Shown: positions 44,022-53,938, counted from the first letter of the stretch. The stretch is DNA of 60,689 nt from a virus (IMGVR_UViG_3300042922_000286:64001-124689); one strand, 5' to 3'. The notes: generated from the sequence alone by a model not told the origin. Made by a program: numbers and translations.

Positions 44022-44519
44022 ATGGAGCCTATTTACTCCAATACTATAGAAGGAAGGGATCGCATGAAGTGGACACCAGAAATGCCACAAGAGCAGGTGG
44101 ATGAACTTCAAGCCGCCCGCGACAAGGGTTTTGGCGAATGGGTTAACGAAACACGGTCTGGTAGCCCGATAATCAACGAGATGAAATTCAATAGAGGGTT
44201 CGCTTACCTTCACCCGTTTCTAGTCTGTAATGTAGGTCAGTTCGAGTTATCGATTCACGACGATCGCAAGCATGTTCATCTCGCCTACATTGGAGTTAAC
44301 GAGGACTTGCGGCAGCAAGGGTATGGTACCGAAATGATGAATATTCTACTGTCCGCTGCTGACCAGTATGGGTACACAGTTGACCTCGATATTACACCAA
44401 AATTCAGGGTCGGCTGGCGGGTACTGAACGCCTTCTACAAGAAGTTCGGATTCGCTCCCGTTAAAGGCCGCGGCAAGGACTACAGAAGACGCGAACCTAA
44501 CAAACCACAGGAGGAATAG
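44022..44519 (+). CDS. GNAT-family acetyltransferase
   Basis: AcCoA-binding motif VNEDLRQQGYGTEMM and C-terminal AFYKKFGF; start uncertain. Confidence 0.8.
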   Translation: MEPIYSNTIEGRDRMKWTPEMPQEQVDELQAARDKGFGEWVNETRSGSPIINEMKFNRGFAYLHPFLVCNVGQFELSIHDDRKHVHLAYIGVNEDLRQQGYGTEMMNILLSAADQYGYTVDLDITPKFRVGWRVLNAFYKKFGFAPVKGRGKDYRRREPNKPQEE

Positions 44520-44521
44520 GT

Positions 44522-45166
44522 ATGGACGTTAAAGCGAAGGTTGTTACTTATCAAGGTATGACTGCCATGGTTAACCCGAAGAATCCCGGGTTCAACAATT
44601 ATACCAAAAGAAACAACAAGTACATTGAGGTACACGCCATCATTAGCGATGGTACAAAAGCTTGGCGGGAGAAGTTTAAAGTATCCTTCCTATCTAAGGC
44701 TGAGGAACAGATCAAGGAAGTCATCCAGTTCTTCAATGACACCCGCCGCCTCGAACCCCCTATAGAAAAAGAACGGTTCTTCGTGGAAATGTACATAGAG
44801 GATGAGGAAGTAGCAAGGTACGAGGATGACAAGGGTATGTCGGGATGGCTTGATCCTGACGGAGTGTTTCACCCTTGCGGATTCGGGCAGCATGTGGACT
44901 ACGCTCTAGAAATCATAAATAAAGACGCGGATTTCTTTACCCCGGTTCATAGCGATGAGATGGAGGATTTGGCTCAAAACAGTCACATCCCTATGTCAGT
45001 AGTAGGACAATCCACAGGATCATTTGTCAGCATTCTTGGACAAATCACGCCGCCGCAAGTGGATTGGTTTAATCGCTTCTTCTTTAAACTCTGCCCACGG
45101 ACACAGCGACAAAAAGTAATTAGCGCGGCAGAGAAGCAAGGCATCAAACTCAAATACGAATGGTGA
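44522..45166 (+). CDS. Hypothetical protein (214 aa)
   Basis: SD GGAGG; contains GWLDPDGVFHPCGFGQH. Confidence 0.6.
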   Translation: MDVKAKVVTYQGMTAMVNPKNPGFNNYTKRNNKYIEVHAIISDGTKAWREKFKVSFLSKAEEQIKEVIQFFNDTRRLEPPIEKERFFVEMYIEDEEVARYEDDKGMSGWLDPDGVFHPCGFGQHVDYALEIINKDADFFTPVHSDEMEDLAQNSHIPMSVVGQSTGSFVSILGQITPPQVDWFNRFFFKLCPRTQRQKVISAAEKQGIKLKYEW

Positions 45167-45179
45167 GGGGGAATCATAC

Positions 45180-45911
45180 ATGAGTAAGAATATTTGGCTT
45201 TCACCTACGGCTAAGACAGTAGCAATAGCTAATGGTAACACTTACAGGGCGGCGCTCTACATTTTCGAATTGGATCGGGAACTGTTCAATAAAAAGGCAA
45301 AAGCTTCCGTTGAGAGAGGGGAAGTGATAGGGTTCGAGAGCTTCCTTTTGGAAAAGGGGTACGCTTTATTCACCGATAACGAAACAGTCCTCCCTGCTTC
45401 CCTAACTAATGCTCAAATTGTTTATGTGCAAGCAGGGATACATGGGTTCAGCAAGGAACAGCAGAACGTACTTATCGGAAAAGGGTACATAACCGCGGAG
45501 CAGGTGTCCGACAGGTCCGTTAGGTATTATAGCAATATTCTTAACAGTATCGCTGCAAAGTACGAACAGTTGATATCTGATACACACGGTAATACACATG
45601 ACTTTAATCGCGACCACTCCAACATTGAGTACGCTATTAACCGACTGAATGTGGGATGTGCCATGGAGAAAGGGGAGGAACGGGACAAGCTTATCAAAAG
45701 CAGCATTTCGCACTTGAGGGCGCTACTGCCACAGTTCCAGTTATTTGCAGAAGGGGAAATCGAACCGATTCGCGTCCATGAGCGTCTCGTTAAGATGAAC
45801 CAATTGGAGAAAGAAGGTAAGCTGCGAGGCTATATGAAAGCGAAGCGTGACAACATGTTGCGTATCCTCGGAATGGAGGCGCCCAATGAAGTCAACGTGG
45901 GTGATTATTGA
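45180..45911 (+). CDS. Hypothetical protein (243 aa)
   Basis: SD GAGGGGG. Confidence 0.6.
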   Translation: MSKNIWLSPTAKTVAIANGNTYRAALYIFELDRELFNKKAKASVERGEVIGFESFLLEKGYALFTDNETVLPASLTNAQIVYVQAGIHGFSKEQQNVLIGKGYITAEQVSDRSVRYYSNILNSIAAKYEQLISDTHGNTHDFNRDHSNIEYAINRLNVGCAMEKGEERDKLIKSSISHLRALLPQFQLFAEGEIEPIRVHERLVKMNQLEKEGKLRGYMKAKRDNMLRILGMEAPNEVNVGDY

Positions 45912-46155
45912 TAACGAACGGGGGCTTCACGCTACCCCCGCCTGTATGTTGGCACAAACAGCCATGCAGTTCAAATCCCGCATTGCTATCACATTTAATG
46001 ACCGTGTTATAAATGGCAAGTCACTTGTCCATGTGGTATCTCTCGGGGCAAAGAAAGGCGACAAGCTTGGGTTTTCTGTACATGGTGATGACGAAGAAAA
46101 AGCCCTCGCCGCCCTTGTCGATCTAATCAAGGTGAGAAATTTCGATGGGGAGTAG
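45886..46155 (+). CDS. HPr-family phosphocarrier protein (89 aa)
   Basis: GLHATPA with His15, INGKSL with Ser46, SLGAKKGD and GDDEEKAL; SD GGAGG. Confidence 0.88.
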   Translation: MKSTWVIIDNERGLHATPACMLAQTAMQFKSRIAITFNDRVINGKSLVHVVSLGAKKGDKLGFSVHGDDEEKALAALVDLIKVRNFDGE

Positions 46156-46226
46156 GGCGGTAGGTAATAATAGTAAAAATAAAACCGTTGAGATTAGCTG
46201 AGACGAGCCGAGGGTAGGTGATACTT

Positions 46227-46388
46227 ATGGTAAGAATCTTACTGAGAAAGTTGCAGAGTAAAGAGGACAAGTGGGTAGAATGTCGGTGTCCTGTCTGCAA
46301 TACTCTTCTGTTCGAGAGAAGTGAAAGATTTAAGAAGAACTCGGTCAGAATGAAGTGTCGGAAATGTAAGTCCATGCTGACTCTGTGA
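46227..46388 (+). CDS. Mu Com-like zinc-ribbon protein (53 aa; not in the ORF track)
   Basis: ECRCPVCNTLLF...MKCRKCKSML. Confidence 0.6.
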   Translation: MVRILLRKLQSKEDKWVECRCPVCNTLLFERSERFKKNSVRMKCRKCKSMLTL

Positions 46389-46408
46389 CTGACCCCTGTA
46401 ACTTTTTG

Positions 46409-46438
46409 TTGACAGCCAAAAAAGCTAGGTGATATCAT
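46409..46438 (+). promoter_or_regulatory. SigmaA promoter TTGACA-18-TATCAT with extended -10 TG
   Basis: Near-consensus elements in an intergenic gap. Confidence 0.7.
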
Positions 46439-46532
46439 GTGATTTGAGGATTGACTGTTATCCAACCTAGATGAGGTGCTCATTCATGTAGCGGTTAACT
46501 CCTACACTAGTCATAGCAGAGGAAGATGCCGA

Positions 46533-46799
46533 ATGAGATACTCACCAAAACAAATAGAGGCTGTCACAAAAGAATTACAGAACAGGTTCGTAGCAGGTGA
46601 GGTCAAAAACTACGAGATCGTAGTCACTCTGATCGCTATGAGTGAGGCAGGTAGAATTTCTCAAACTGACATCAAGGACATGCTGTACAACGTGTTCTTT
46701 GGTAACCCAAAAGGTATTACTCGGGCGCTTGAGGTCGCCAAAGATATTATCGACAAAGACCTGATTGATACCATTGTGAAGGAAGTAAATCATGGCTAA
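46533..46799 (+). CDS. Hypothetical protein (88 aa)
   Basis: SD AGAGG before ATG 46533. Confidence 0.55.
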   Translation: MRYSPKQIEAVTKELQNRFVAGEVKNYEIVVTLIAMSEAGRISQTDIKDMLYNVFFGNPKGITRALEVAKDIIDKDLIDTIVKEVNHG

Positions 46800-46807
46800 A
46801 ACACCCG

Positions 46808-46840
46808 ACCCGCCCCGCCTAACCGGGGGCGGGTAATTTT
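46808..46840 (+). terminator. GC-rich hairpin, possible terminator
   Basis: ACCCGCCCC/GGGGCGGGT followed by AATTTTG. Confidence 0.5.
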
Positions 46841-46916
46841 GTAAATTGGGGCAAGGCGCATGTCGAGGTGTCCCATTTATCTGAGAAAACCTGAGGACCA
46901 AAGGGGAGGAACACAA

Positions 46917-47159
46917 ATGAGCGCAGAGAATCTGAAAGCACACCACAACAAGCTTACATTACAAATGAAGGACGCTATTAGGCAGGCCCAAGAAGCAAGC
47001 AGCCTGATTAGCCGCCACCTTAACGACCCCGACATCTACGATCTCAACAATGTTGAGTCGCTTATTACCGCCCTGCAACGGCACGTCAGCGATATACGGG
47101 CGAAACAGAACTTCATATTCGGGATCGAGTTGGCCCGCGGGGAATTGAAGGAGGAATGA
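46917..47159 (+). CDS. Hypothetical helical protein (80 aa)
   Basis: SD GGGAGG. Confidence 0.55.
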   Translation: MSAENLKAHHNKLTLQMKDAIRQAQEASSLISRHLNDPDIYDLNNVESLITALQRHVSDIRAKQNFIFGIELARGELKEE

Positions 47160-47947
47160 CCATGAACACTGAGGGGAGAGGTATGAACCACACTGTTCAA
47201 TATCTTCTCAAGTACGTTAAAAATGGTGTTGTGGCCACTAGTACTCTCAAGCAAATGAATATGCCTCTATTTAAGCTGCTGGAAGCCAATTTCGACAACC
47301 TGTCCCAAACTCTTAGAATAGACTATGGGGTGCTCGTCCTTCGAGACGATCTCCCCGTCCTTCGCGAGGACAACCAAGTAGCTTTGTGGCTCAGACATCA
47401 TTACGGGAAGGATTTTAAGCTCCGCGCCACCGACAAGGATACCTACAATATGATCTATTACAGGGCTAGAAAGCAGGACTTGACGGTCAATCAATATTTA
47501 GAATCACTAGGATTCAAACCGACAGACGATCATGACTTTATTCACCTGATCGACAAGCAGAAGTACTCTGTGCGAGAGGTATCTGCTATGACCGGGGTCC
47601 CGAAGTCCACTGTTCATCGGAAATATAAACAACAAAAAGAAGAGGAAGAAGAAAGGAGCAGCGCGGTGTTGGTTAGTAAGTTTAGCTGTGGTGAACTGCT
47701 TATCGAAGTCATCACAAATAAAGACACAAAGCGCAGGTTCATTGCTATCTTTGAGGGGACTGAGGAACTCTGTTCAAAGTCAGATCACCTGAAACTATTA
47801 TCGCACCGCCAACATGCGGCAGAGATGCTTCGGTACTTTATGACAAGTGACGAGCTTACACCTGAACAACGTCAACGGCTGTCCGATCTTGCTGAATACA
47901 CGGGCAAGAGGTTTGAAGCCCAATTCATAATGGAGGAATTGAAATGA
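47156..47947 (+). CDS. Putative DNA-binding protein with an internal HTH
   Basis: YSVREVSAMTGVPKSTVHRKY is HTH-like. Confidence 0.55.
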   Translation: MTMNTEGRGMNHTVQYLLKYVKNGVVATSTLKQMNMPLFKLLEANFDNLSQTLRIDYGVLVLRDDLPVLREDNQVALWLRHHYGKDFKLRATDKDTYNMIYYRARKQDLTVNQYLESLGFKPTDDHDFIHLIDKQKYSVREVSAMTGVPKSTVHRKYKQQKEEEEERSSAVLVSKFSCGELLIEVITNKDTKRRFIAIFEGTEELCSKSDHLKLLSHRQHAAEMLRYFMTSDELTPEQRQRLSDLAEYTGKRFEAQFIMEELK

Positions 47948-48501
47948 CACAGGACTTTACTGTAGTTGAGGTAGGTAAGCCGTACACTATGTTCAACATC
48001 GGTAATCTAAGGGGCGTTGATTCAGGAATGGTTTTTGAAGCCCTGCCCGAAAACTCAGGTTACGCCATAAATATTTACTTGTCCAATCTCACAGAGTTAG
48101 AAGCAGCCTTAATTAGTGAAGCACCTATCTCTGTTAGGGTATTGCGTGATACTCCATCCCTGATCATGCCTACTGTTCGAATAGGTAACAGCCCCTTGTT
48201 GTTCGAGGTAGTCTTCGATCCCACCCTCTATCCAGATAAAAGAGCAATGCAGTTGGTGCTTGACAATAATAGGATACAGATAGTGGGTGTCGATAGTAAT
48301 ACCAACATAGTTAAGGCTTTACGATTGGTTTCTATGCCTAACCGTTTGCGAGAAATGCTCATGTCAGCGTGGAGTAAAGCCCTAGATGAGGAAGGATTCT
48401 CTACTAAGTTTGCTCGATGGTCTGCGGACTTGGCCAGTAGGTACTCGCTCATCGATCTGTGGGAACGATCCGTGTATGTTGGTAAATTAGGGGAACGCTA
48501 A
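47944..48501 (+). CDS. Hypothetical protein (185 aa)
   Basis: SD GGAGG, 4-bp overlap. Confidence 0.6.
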   Translation: MTQDFTVVEVGKPYTMFNIGNLRGVDSGMVFEALPENSGYAINIYLSNLTELEAALISEAPISVRVLRDTPSLIMPTVRIGNSPLLFEVVFDPTLYPDKRAMQLVLDNNRIQIVGVDSNTNIVKALRLVSMPNRLREMLMSAWSKALDEEGFSTKFARWSADLASRYSLIDLWERSVYVGKLGER

Positions 48502-48549
48502 TTAAACTTATTTAGCCCGCCTCCGTATAGCTAAACTAGAGGTGATGAT

Positions 48550-50388
48550 ATGATTACTGCGGAGCGCATAAGCGGTAAGGACGGCAGAGAATGGATCAAG
48601 GCATCATTCAAACGCAATGACCTAATCGACGAGCAAATGCAGACAATTAATGGGGCGCTGCGATCCACCGTAGCGAGTAATGAGTGGGCGATTCCTTATT
48701 GGAGTCGCCCTGAGTTTGAACGTAAGTTAGGTGACTTTCTGATCGTTTGGAAGGATGAACCTGTCACTGGAAATGGGGGAATTAGCGAAGATTCCATTCC
48801 CGACAATCCTATAGTGCCCGGGTACGATGTGTTCTATGACGGTGACGGTAAGATCACCGACTCGACGGGGTTCAAGACGTCTCCATGGGGGGAGTTCCAA
48901 GTCAAAGGGTTCAACCTCATGGTTAGTAGGGACTTCCTGATTCTAGCCGATGATGCAGGTTTGGGCAAGTCATGGCAGGTCGCCACAGCTATGGAGGCCA
49001 GAGCAAAGCTTGGTACTGTTAAGCGTGGTGTAATTGTATGCAAAGCGTCCTTGCTTTATAACTGGCGGGATGAAATTCATATGCATACTCACCAGAAGGC
49101 CATTATTATTCAAGGCACCCGCGACCAACGGTATCAGCGTTATGCTGAGCTGATGAACAGCGATGACTGGATGTTTCTAGTGATTTCCTACGAGACTTTC
49201 AGGACGGACGTTGCTAATCTAAACCTGCTCGATAACAGGAAGCAGTTAGACTTTTGTGTACTTGATGAAGCACACAAGATCAAGAATTGGCGCTCCAAGT
49301 TGGGCATGAGCATCCATGCCATCCCTAGTTTCAAGTGCCGATATGTTCTTACTGCCACGCCTCTTCCCAATAGTCCGTTGGAAGCGTACAACTACCTACG
49401 GTTTGGCAGAGCAATGAACATGAATGGCTTCGATTTTGAAGCCGAATACGCAGTCTTTGGTGGGTATGGTGGTAAAGAGGTTGTTGGGTACCAGAATATA
49501 CGCGAACTGAAATCTATCATCCAGACCAATATGCTACGTCGCCGTAAGGTAGATAAGCTTAAAGACTTGCCACCCGTAACCTTCAAGACTATCCCGGTGG
49601 ATATGACCGCGGTACAAGCCAAGATGTATAAGGCGGTAAGGGACGAGATACGTGAAGAGTTGGCTTATACCGATGTTACACGTATCCCCAATGCTCTAGC
49701 GAAGCTGCTCAGGCTTCAACAGGTTACTGATTCACTGGACATCATCGGTGCCCCGCCCTCATCCAAAAACAGCGCCAAGCTCGATGTGCTTGACGAAATG
49801 TTGGAGGAATTGATTGAGGCGGCAGGGGAAAAGGTTATTATATTTTCCCGGTTCCGTACCATGGTCGAGATTATGGAGGAAAGGTTCGCCAAGTACAACC
49901 CTGCTGTTATTCACGGTGATGTGGACTCGCAGGGTAAGTCTGAGCGCTCCGCAATTGCCGCCCTACGCAAGGAAGGCCACAAGGTAGATACAATGACTGA
50001 GAAGGAGTTAAGAAAGCTCCTAGAGGCGTATATGGCCTCTGAGAGGCAGAAGGAAGTTTATCGATTCCAGAGGGATGATAGCTGTAAGGTATTCCTCGGG
50101 TGTGCTCCTGCTTGTAGGGAAGGGTTAACCCTTACTGCCGCCACCCACGTTATCTTCCTCGACTGTGAGTGGAGTCCTGCATACGTTGAGCAAGCATACT
50201 CCCGGGCGCACCGAATCGGGCAGAAGAACAACGTCACTGTATATTACTTGGTATGTGTAGGTACCATTGACGAGAAAGTGCAGAAGATACTTGCGTCAAA
50301 AGAAGGAATGGCGTTGGAAATGATCGACAACGGTATTGACGTTCCTGCACAAAGAGCAAGGGAAGTTATATTCGAAATGGTCAGCTAG
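48550..50388 (+). CDS. SNF2-family (SF2) helicase/translocase
   Basis: LADDAGLGKS, LDEAH, LTATP, KVIIFS, EGLTLT, QAYSRAHRIGQ. Confidence 0.92.
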   Translation: MITAERISGKDGREWIKASFKRNDLIDEQMQTINGALRSTVASNEWAIPYWSRPEFERKLGDFLIVWKDEPVTGNGGISEDSIPDNPIVPGYDVFYDGDGKITDSTGFKTSPWGEFQVKGFNLMVSRDFLILADDAGLGKSWQVATAMEARAKLGTVKRGVIVCKASLLYNWRDEIHMHTHQKAIIIQGTRDQRYQRYAELMNSDDWMFLVISYETFRTDVANLNLLDNRKQLDFCVLDEAHKIKNWRSKLGMSIHAIPSFKCRYVLTATPLPNSPLEAYNYLRFGRAMNMNGFDFEAEYAVFGGYGGKEVVGYQNIRELKSIIQTNMLRRRKVDKLKDLPPVTFKTIPVDMTAVQAKMYKAVRDEIREELAYTDVTRIPNALAKLLRLQQVTDSLDIIGAPPSSKNSAKLDVLDEMLEELIEAAGEKVIIFSRFRTMVEIMEERFAKYNPAVIHGDVDSQGKSERSAIAALRKEGHKVDTMTEKELRKLLEAYMASERQKEVYRFQRDDSCKVFLGCAPACREGLTLTAATHVIFLDCEWSPAYVEQAYSRAHRIGQKNNVTVYYLVCVGTIDEKVQKILASKEGMALEMIDNGIDVPAQRAREVIFEMVS

Positions 50389-50416
50389 TCCAGCAAATAA
50401 GGAGGATTGGTTTGGG

Positions 50417-50596
50417 ATGGGCAAGAAGGAAAATAAGTTCGCAGTAATATCCCAATTGTTCAGCTCGGGGGATTTGGATGTTTCATTCTTCCTGAGTAGA
50501 GCAGATGCGAAAGCCGAGTTCAAAAAAATACAGAAGAACGGCTCCCAAGCGTGGTTAGTCCGAATAGAGGAATACGGGGAAGGGGAGTCAGAATGA
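50417..50596 (+). CDS. Hypothetical protein (59 aa)
   Basis: SD AAGGAGG. Confidence 0.5.
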   Translation: MGKKENKFAVISQLFSSGDLDVSFFLSRADAKAEFKKIQKNGSQAWLVRIEEYGEGESE

Positions 50597-50790
50597 ACCT
50601 AGTTGATGCTTATGTTACAAAGGTTCTAAGTGAACCTGCGTTCAACGATGTGTATAAGGATGAGGGTATTACTTGGTGGCAGGTAAGTGTCGAGTACGAT
50701 AGTTATGGCTGGCTTAGTGAGACTCTCTTAACATTCAAGACAAAGAGTGAAGCAGAGGCAGTAAGTGTCGGCTACAAATTCCTTACTTAG
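50593..50790 (+). CDS. Hypothetical protein (65 aa)
   Basis: SD GGGGAG, 4-bp overlap. Confidence 0.55.
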   Translation: MNLVDAYVTKVLSEPAFNDVYKDEGITWWQVSVEYDSYGWLSETLLTFKTKSEAEAVSVGYKFLT

Positions 50791-50802
50791 GAGGTCATCA
50801 TA

Positions 50803-51108
50803 TTGACGACAACCGATACGATATTGGAGTACAAAGCGGCAAGGTTAGCTGCTTCCGCAATGCGGATAGTTAGGTTGGTGAACTTAGGGGCACCGCAACT
50901 TATTCTGGAAAACGAACACAATGTTCTCAAGGAACGAGTAGATCAGTTCTTTGACGGTAAGCTGCCCCTGATGAGTATTGACGAGATGCATAACATAATT
51001 AACCGTACGGACTATAAGATCATTGAAGGTGTACTTAAAACATACGCGTGGGAGTCCATCCTTGAGATGAAAGAAAAAATAGAGAAGGGACCAAACCGCT
51101 ATGACTAA
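50803..51108 (+). CDS. Hypothetical protein (101 aa)
   Basis: SD AGGAGGT, TTG start. Confidence 0.55.
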   Translation: MTTTDTILEYKAARLAASAMRIVRLVNLGAPQLILENEHNVLKERVDQFFDGKLPLMSIDEMHNIINRTDYKIIEGVLKTYAWESILEMKEKIEKGPNRYD

Positions 51109-51496
51109 TCGTGTGTATACTGAAACGTTAAATAATGCCCGACCTCCCGAATGGATGGACAGTTACACACCGCCCACCGAATTCATAACAAGGTGGATTA
51201 CAGATGATGGGCAAGTTCACGTCCACGCCATTCCCAACATTGACAGAATGTCCAAGTGGAGTGCTATTGATAAGATGCTCGAACTCATGCAGGATTCAAC
51301 TGTTATTGAGATTGGCACTTACCGGGTAGTGCTTGGCAGAGAGTTGCGAGGTAATCTGCATGAGATGTTCGAAGCTCGTATGCAGAGGATAGGGGTGCCC
51401 TTACCTCATTGGGTGGAGCAGCACTATAATGGTGTCGATGTGCTAGGTATCGTTAAAAAGAATGAACACAAAATGAAGGCGGTGTTTCTACCATGA
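51101..51496 (+). CDS. Hypothetical protein (131 aa)
   Basis: Overlaps the upstream stop. Confidence 0.55.
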   Translation: MTNRVYTETLNNARPPEWMDSYTPPTEFITRWITDDGQVHVHAIPNIDRMSKWSAIDKMLELMQDSTVIEIGTYRVVLGRELRGNLHEMFEARMQRIGVPLPHWVEQHYNGVDVLGIVKKNEHKMKAVFLP

Positions 51497-51753
51497 GAGG
51501 GGTACCTGTGGGCATGACTGTGCAGAAGGTTTCATTCGAAGCAGTAAAGTGTAACAACTGCGGCAGGATACACGAGAAGGACTCTGATACATACATCAAC
51601 TTCATTGGGAATGTGATAGTGGGTAGCGATGGTGGTGTAGTTGGTAATAGTGAGTGGGATAAGTTTGGGGTACCTCACCATATCTTTTGTCGGGAGAACA
51701 GGTTACTATGTCTCTCCACATTTGTATCGGGGGTGATTAAAGATGGATTATGA
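51493..51753 (+). CDS. Hypothetical Cys-containing protein (86 aa)
   Basis: KCNNCG...HIFC. Confidence 0.55.
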   Translation: MRGVPVGMTVQKVSFEAVKCNNCGRIHEKDSDTYINFIGNVIVGSDGGVVGNSEWDKFGVPHHIFCRENRLLCLSTFVSGVIKDGL

Positions 51754-51991
51754 GTGTCCGTTCTGCGGCAAGGTGCATACATCTGATCAATGGAATCGTA
51801 AAACAGCGATGCTCCACAATGCAGGGAAGTTGCCGATTCCTGCTCCGTTGCCTCTTTACCACAACGACGACGAGACATTCTTCCGTTGCCCTTCATGTGA
51901 GGCTCAAGTGTTCGGCCATGAATTGAGTAGAAAAGTGGACGGGGAGACTGACCCGGGAACCACGATTATTGTTGGGAGGATTAAACGATGA
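51743..51991 (+). CDS. Zn-ribbon protein (82 aa)
   Basis: CPFCG...CPSC. Confidence 0.6.
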   Translation: MDYECPFCGKVHTSDQWNRKTAMLHNAGKLPIPAPLPLYHNDDETFFRCPSCEAQVFGHELSRKVDGETDPGTTIIVGRIKR

Positions 51992-52593
51992 CTAAACCAT
52001 TGAACTACATTATTCTTGATCTTGAGGCAACGTGTTGGGCTATTGGGGGCTACGGGGCGTCTGATGAGAGGAAACCCATCTCCGAAGTCATCGAGATCGG
52101 GGCAGTCAAGGCACGACTTATTGATAATAAGTTCGAAGTGATGGATACATTCCAATCCTTCATCAAACCTAAGCTGAACCCTATTCTGTCGGACTTCTGC
52201 AAGGAGCTTACGACAATCAAGCAAGAGGATGTGGATGCCGCGTCCATATTCCCTGTTGTTATCGATGAGTTCAAGCGCTGGATTAGCGATGACGGGGAGT
52301 CAATGTACTTGCTAACCTCGTGGGGATTCTACGATGCCAAGCAGCTCAAGCTGGACTGCCTCCTCCATGACCTTGAGGTCGAATGGGTGAATCCGCACAT
52401 CTCATTGAAACATCAGTTCAACAGCGCAATGAATCTTACCTCACGTAAGCGTGTAGGTATGCCCGCCGCGTTACGTATTCTCGGCTTGGAACAGAAAGGG
52501 ACACATCACCGGGGGATAGACGACGCCCTAAACATCTTCGAGATATTCAAGGTCATGGCCCCAAACTTAAAAATTATGTTCAGCCACGTATAA
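51988..52593 (+). CDS. DEDDh 3'-5' exonuclease (ERI-1/KapD-like)
   Basis: ILDLEATC, EVIEIGAV, SDFCKELT, SWGFYD, HHRGIDDA. Confidence 0.9.
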   Translation: MTKPLNYIILDLEATCWAIGGYGASDERKPISEVIEIGAVKARLIDNKFEVMDTFQSFIKPKLNPILSDFCKELTTIKQEDVDAASIFPVVIDEFKRWISDDGESMYLLTSWGFYDAKQLKLDCLLHDLEVEWVNPHISLKHQFNSAMNLTSRKRVGMPAALRILGLEQKGTHHRGIDDALNIFEIFKVMAPNLKIMFSHV

Positions 52594-52735
52594 AAGCCAT
52601 AGGGGAGGGGCATACTGAGGCTATAAAATAAATCGAAGAAGCCTCCCCCTCCCCACTGTGCGCACCTCCTTTTTGGTGTAGTACACACTGGGTTATTTGC
52701 CCTTCCTGCGATTTTTGTGATACAATATTTTCAAA

Positions 52736-53050
52736 ATGAGCAGGAGGGACGTGTATAAAATGGGAAGTGACGCAGACATTGGGGAAAGTTATGAACGACA
52801 ATTACGCATAACATCCATGCATAATCGCACACTCTACTCCGAAATCGTCAAGATTTCTGAGCACATCGATTTCAGACACCCTCGCTTCATGCAAAAATCA
52901 AAACGTAACCGCTCGCTTGGTTCAGTACAGGCTTTCATCGTAGAGTTAGCCTTAACGGACCAAGTTTTTTTAGCTAAGCTGCGTAAATACATGATCCATG
53001 GGGGTCGCGGTTACAGCGGATTTATTGATTATATAAACAGATACGATTAA
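52736..53050 (+). CDS. Hypothetical protein (104 aa)
   Basis: Follows the sigmaA-like promoter TTGCCC-18-TACAAT (~52697-52726). Confidence 0.5.
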   Translation: MSRRDVYKMGSDADIGESYERQLRITSMHNRTLYSEIVKISEHIDFRHPRFMQKSKRNRSLGSVQAFIVELALTDQVFLAKLRKYMIHGGRGYSGFIDYINRYD

Positions 53051-53062
53051 GGAGGTCTGCTG

Positions 53063-53374
53063 ATGATTAAGGTTGTGATTGTTGAACCACGCAAGGAGCC
53101 TTATGAGAAGATGATTGATGGTGAACTGGAATCCATGCAGAAAATCGTGGGCGGCTACATAGAGTTTGTTCCGTTCTTTGGTGACCTCTGTATTTTTTGT
53201 AATGAGGAAGGAAAACTGACGGGTCTTCCTCCTAACCGCCCACTAAATAGCGACGTCATACTGGTTGGTACCTTCTTTGTATCCAAGTCTGACGCTGAAG
53301 GTGAAAGTATTAGCCTGACAGATGATGATGTTGCGTTCGTTAAGAAGTACTATGCGGGGGTGAGGATACTGTGA
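53063..53374 (+). CDS. DUF3846-like protein
   Basis: MQKIVGGYIE...CNEEGKL.GLPPNR. Confidence 0.75.
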   Translation: MIKVVIVEPRKEPYEKMIDGELESMQKIVGGYIEFVPFFGDLCIFCNEEGKLTGLPPNRPLNSDVILVGTFFVSKSDAEGESISLTDDDVAFVKKYYAGVRIL

Positions 53375-53880
53375 CACTAACTCATAAGGAAAGGGTCGCC
53401 AAGATGGTTATGGAAGAAGGATTCACCCCCGCCCTCCACTCCATCTTGCAGGAAGCAAACCCTAAGGAGTATGAGAAGTGGCAAGGCAACGCTTGTAGGC
53501 AAGCTGCCATCCTATCTATCCCGATGTTGCGGGAGCTTCTCCCTAACTATACATGGGCGGCATGGGACGGATGGTTTGACGACATCGTTCATGGAAAGAA
53601 CGTTCACTATAACCACGCTTGGGTGTACGGTCGTGATAAAGAGACAGGACGCAAGCTGTTGGTCGATCTTGCCCGACAACACCATGAGCGGTTGTTCGTT
53701 TTGGTAGACTCCAACAGGTACCCTAAGGATCACCCTGAGTACGTCAATATGAAAGAAGTCCGCAGGGAACGGCTCGACATTGATAACAATCTCAGGGATA
53801 TTGAGTACTACACTAAGTTGAAAGGGTACCAACTGCTACAGCTAGTAAGGGAAAGAATGGCAAGGGAAATTTTGAAATAA
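53371..53880 (+). CDS. Hypothetical protein (169 aa)
   Basis: 4-bp overlap; GNAC...HAW is reminiscent of a papain-like fold. Confidence 0.55.
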   Translation: MTLTHKERVAKMVMEEGFTPALHSILQEANPKEYEKWQGNACRQAAILSIPMLRELLPNYTWAAWDGWFDDIVHGKNVHYNHAWVYGRDKETGRKLLVDLARQHHERLFVLVDSNRYPKDHPEYVNMKEVRRERLDIDNNLRDIEYYTKLKGYQLLQLVRERMAREILK

Positions 53881-53938
53881 GCCGCTAAACTCCTACCTTC
53901 CTTGCCCGTATAGGGTTAGTGAAGGAGATGATAAACAA

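Noticed and set aside
46792-46836. 14-codon ORF MAKTPDPPRLTGGG
   Set aside because: Coincides with a GC hairpin and has no evidence of function
52580-52675. Perfect minus-strand SD (AAAGGAGGTG) with a 25-codon ORF, and a GGGGAGGGG/CCCCTCCCC inverted repeat
   Set aside because: The peptide is not toxin-like and is isolated against the operon direction; more simply a terminator or insulator hairpin region
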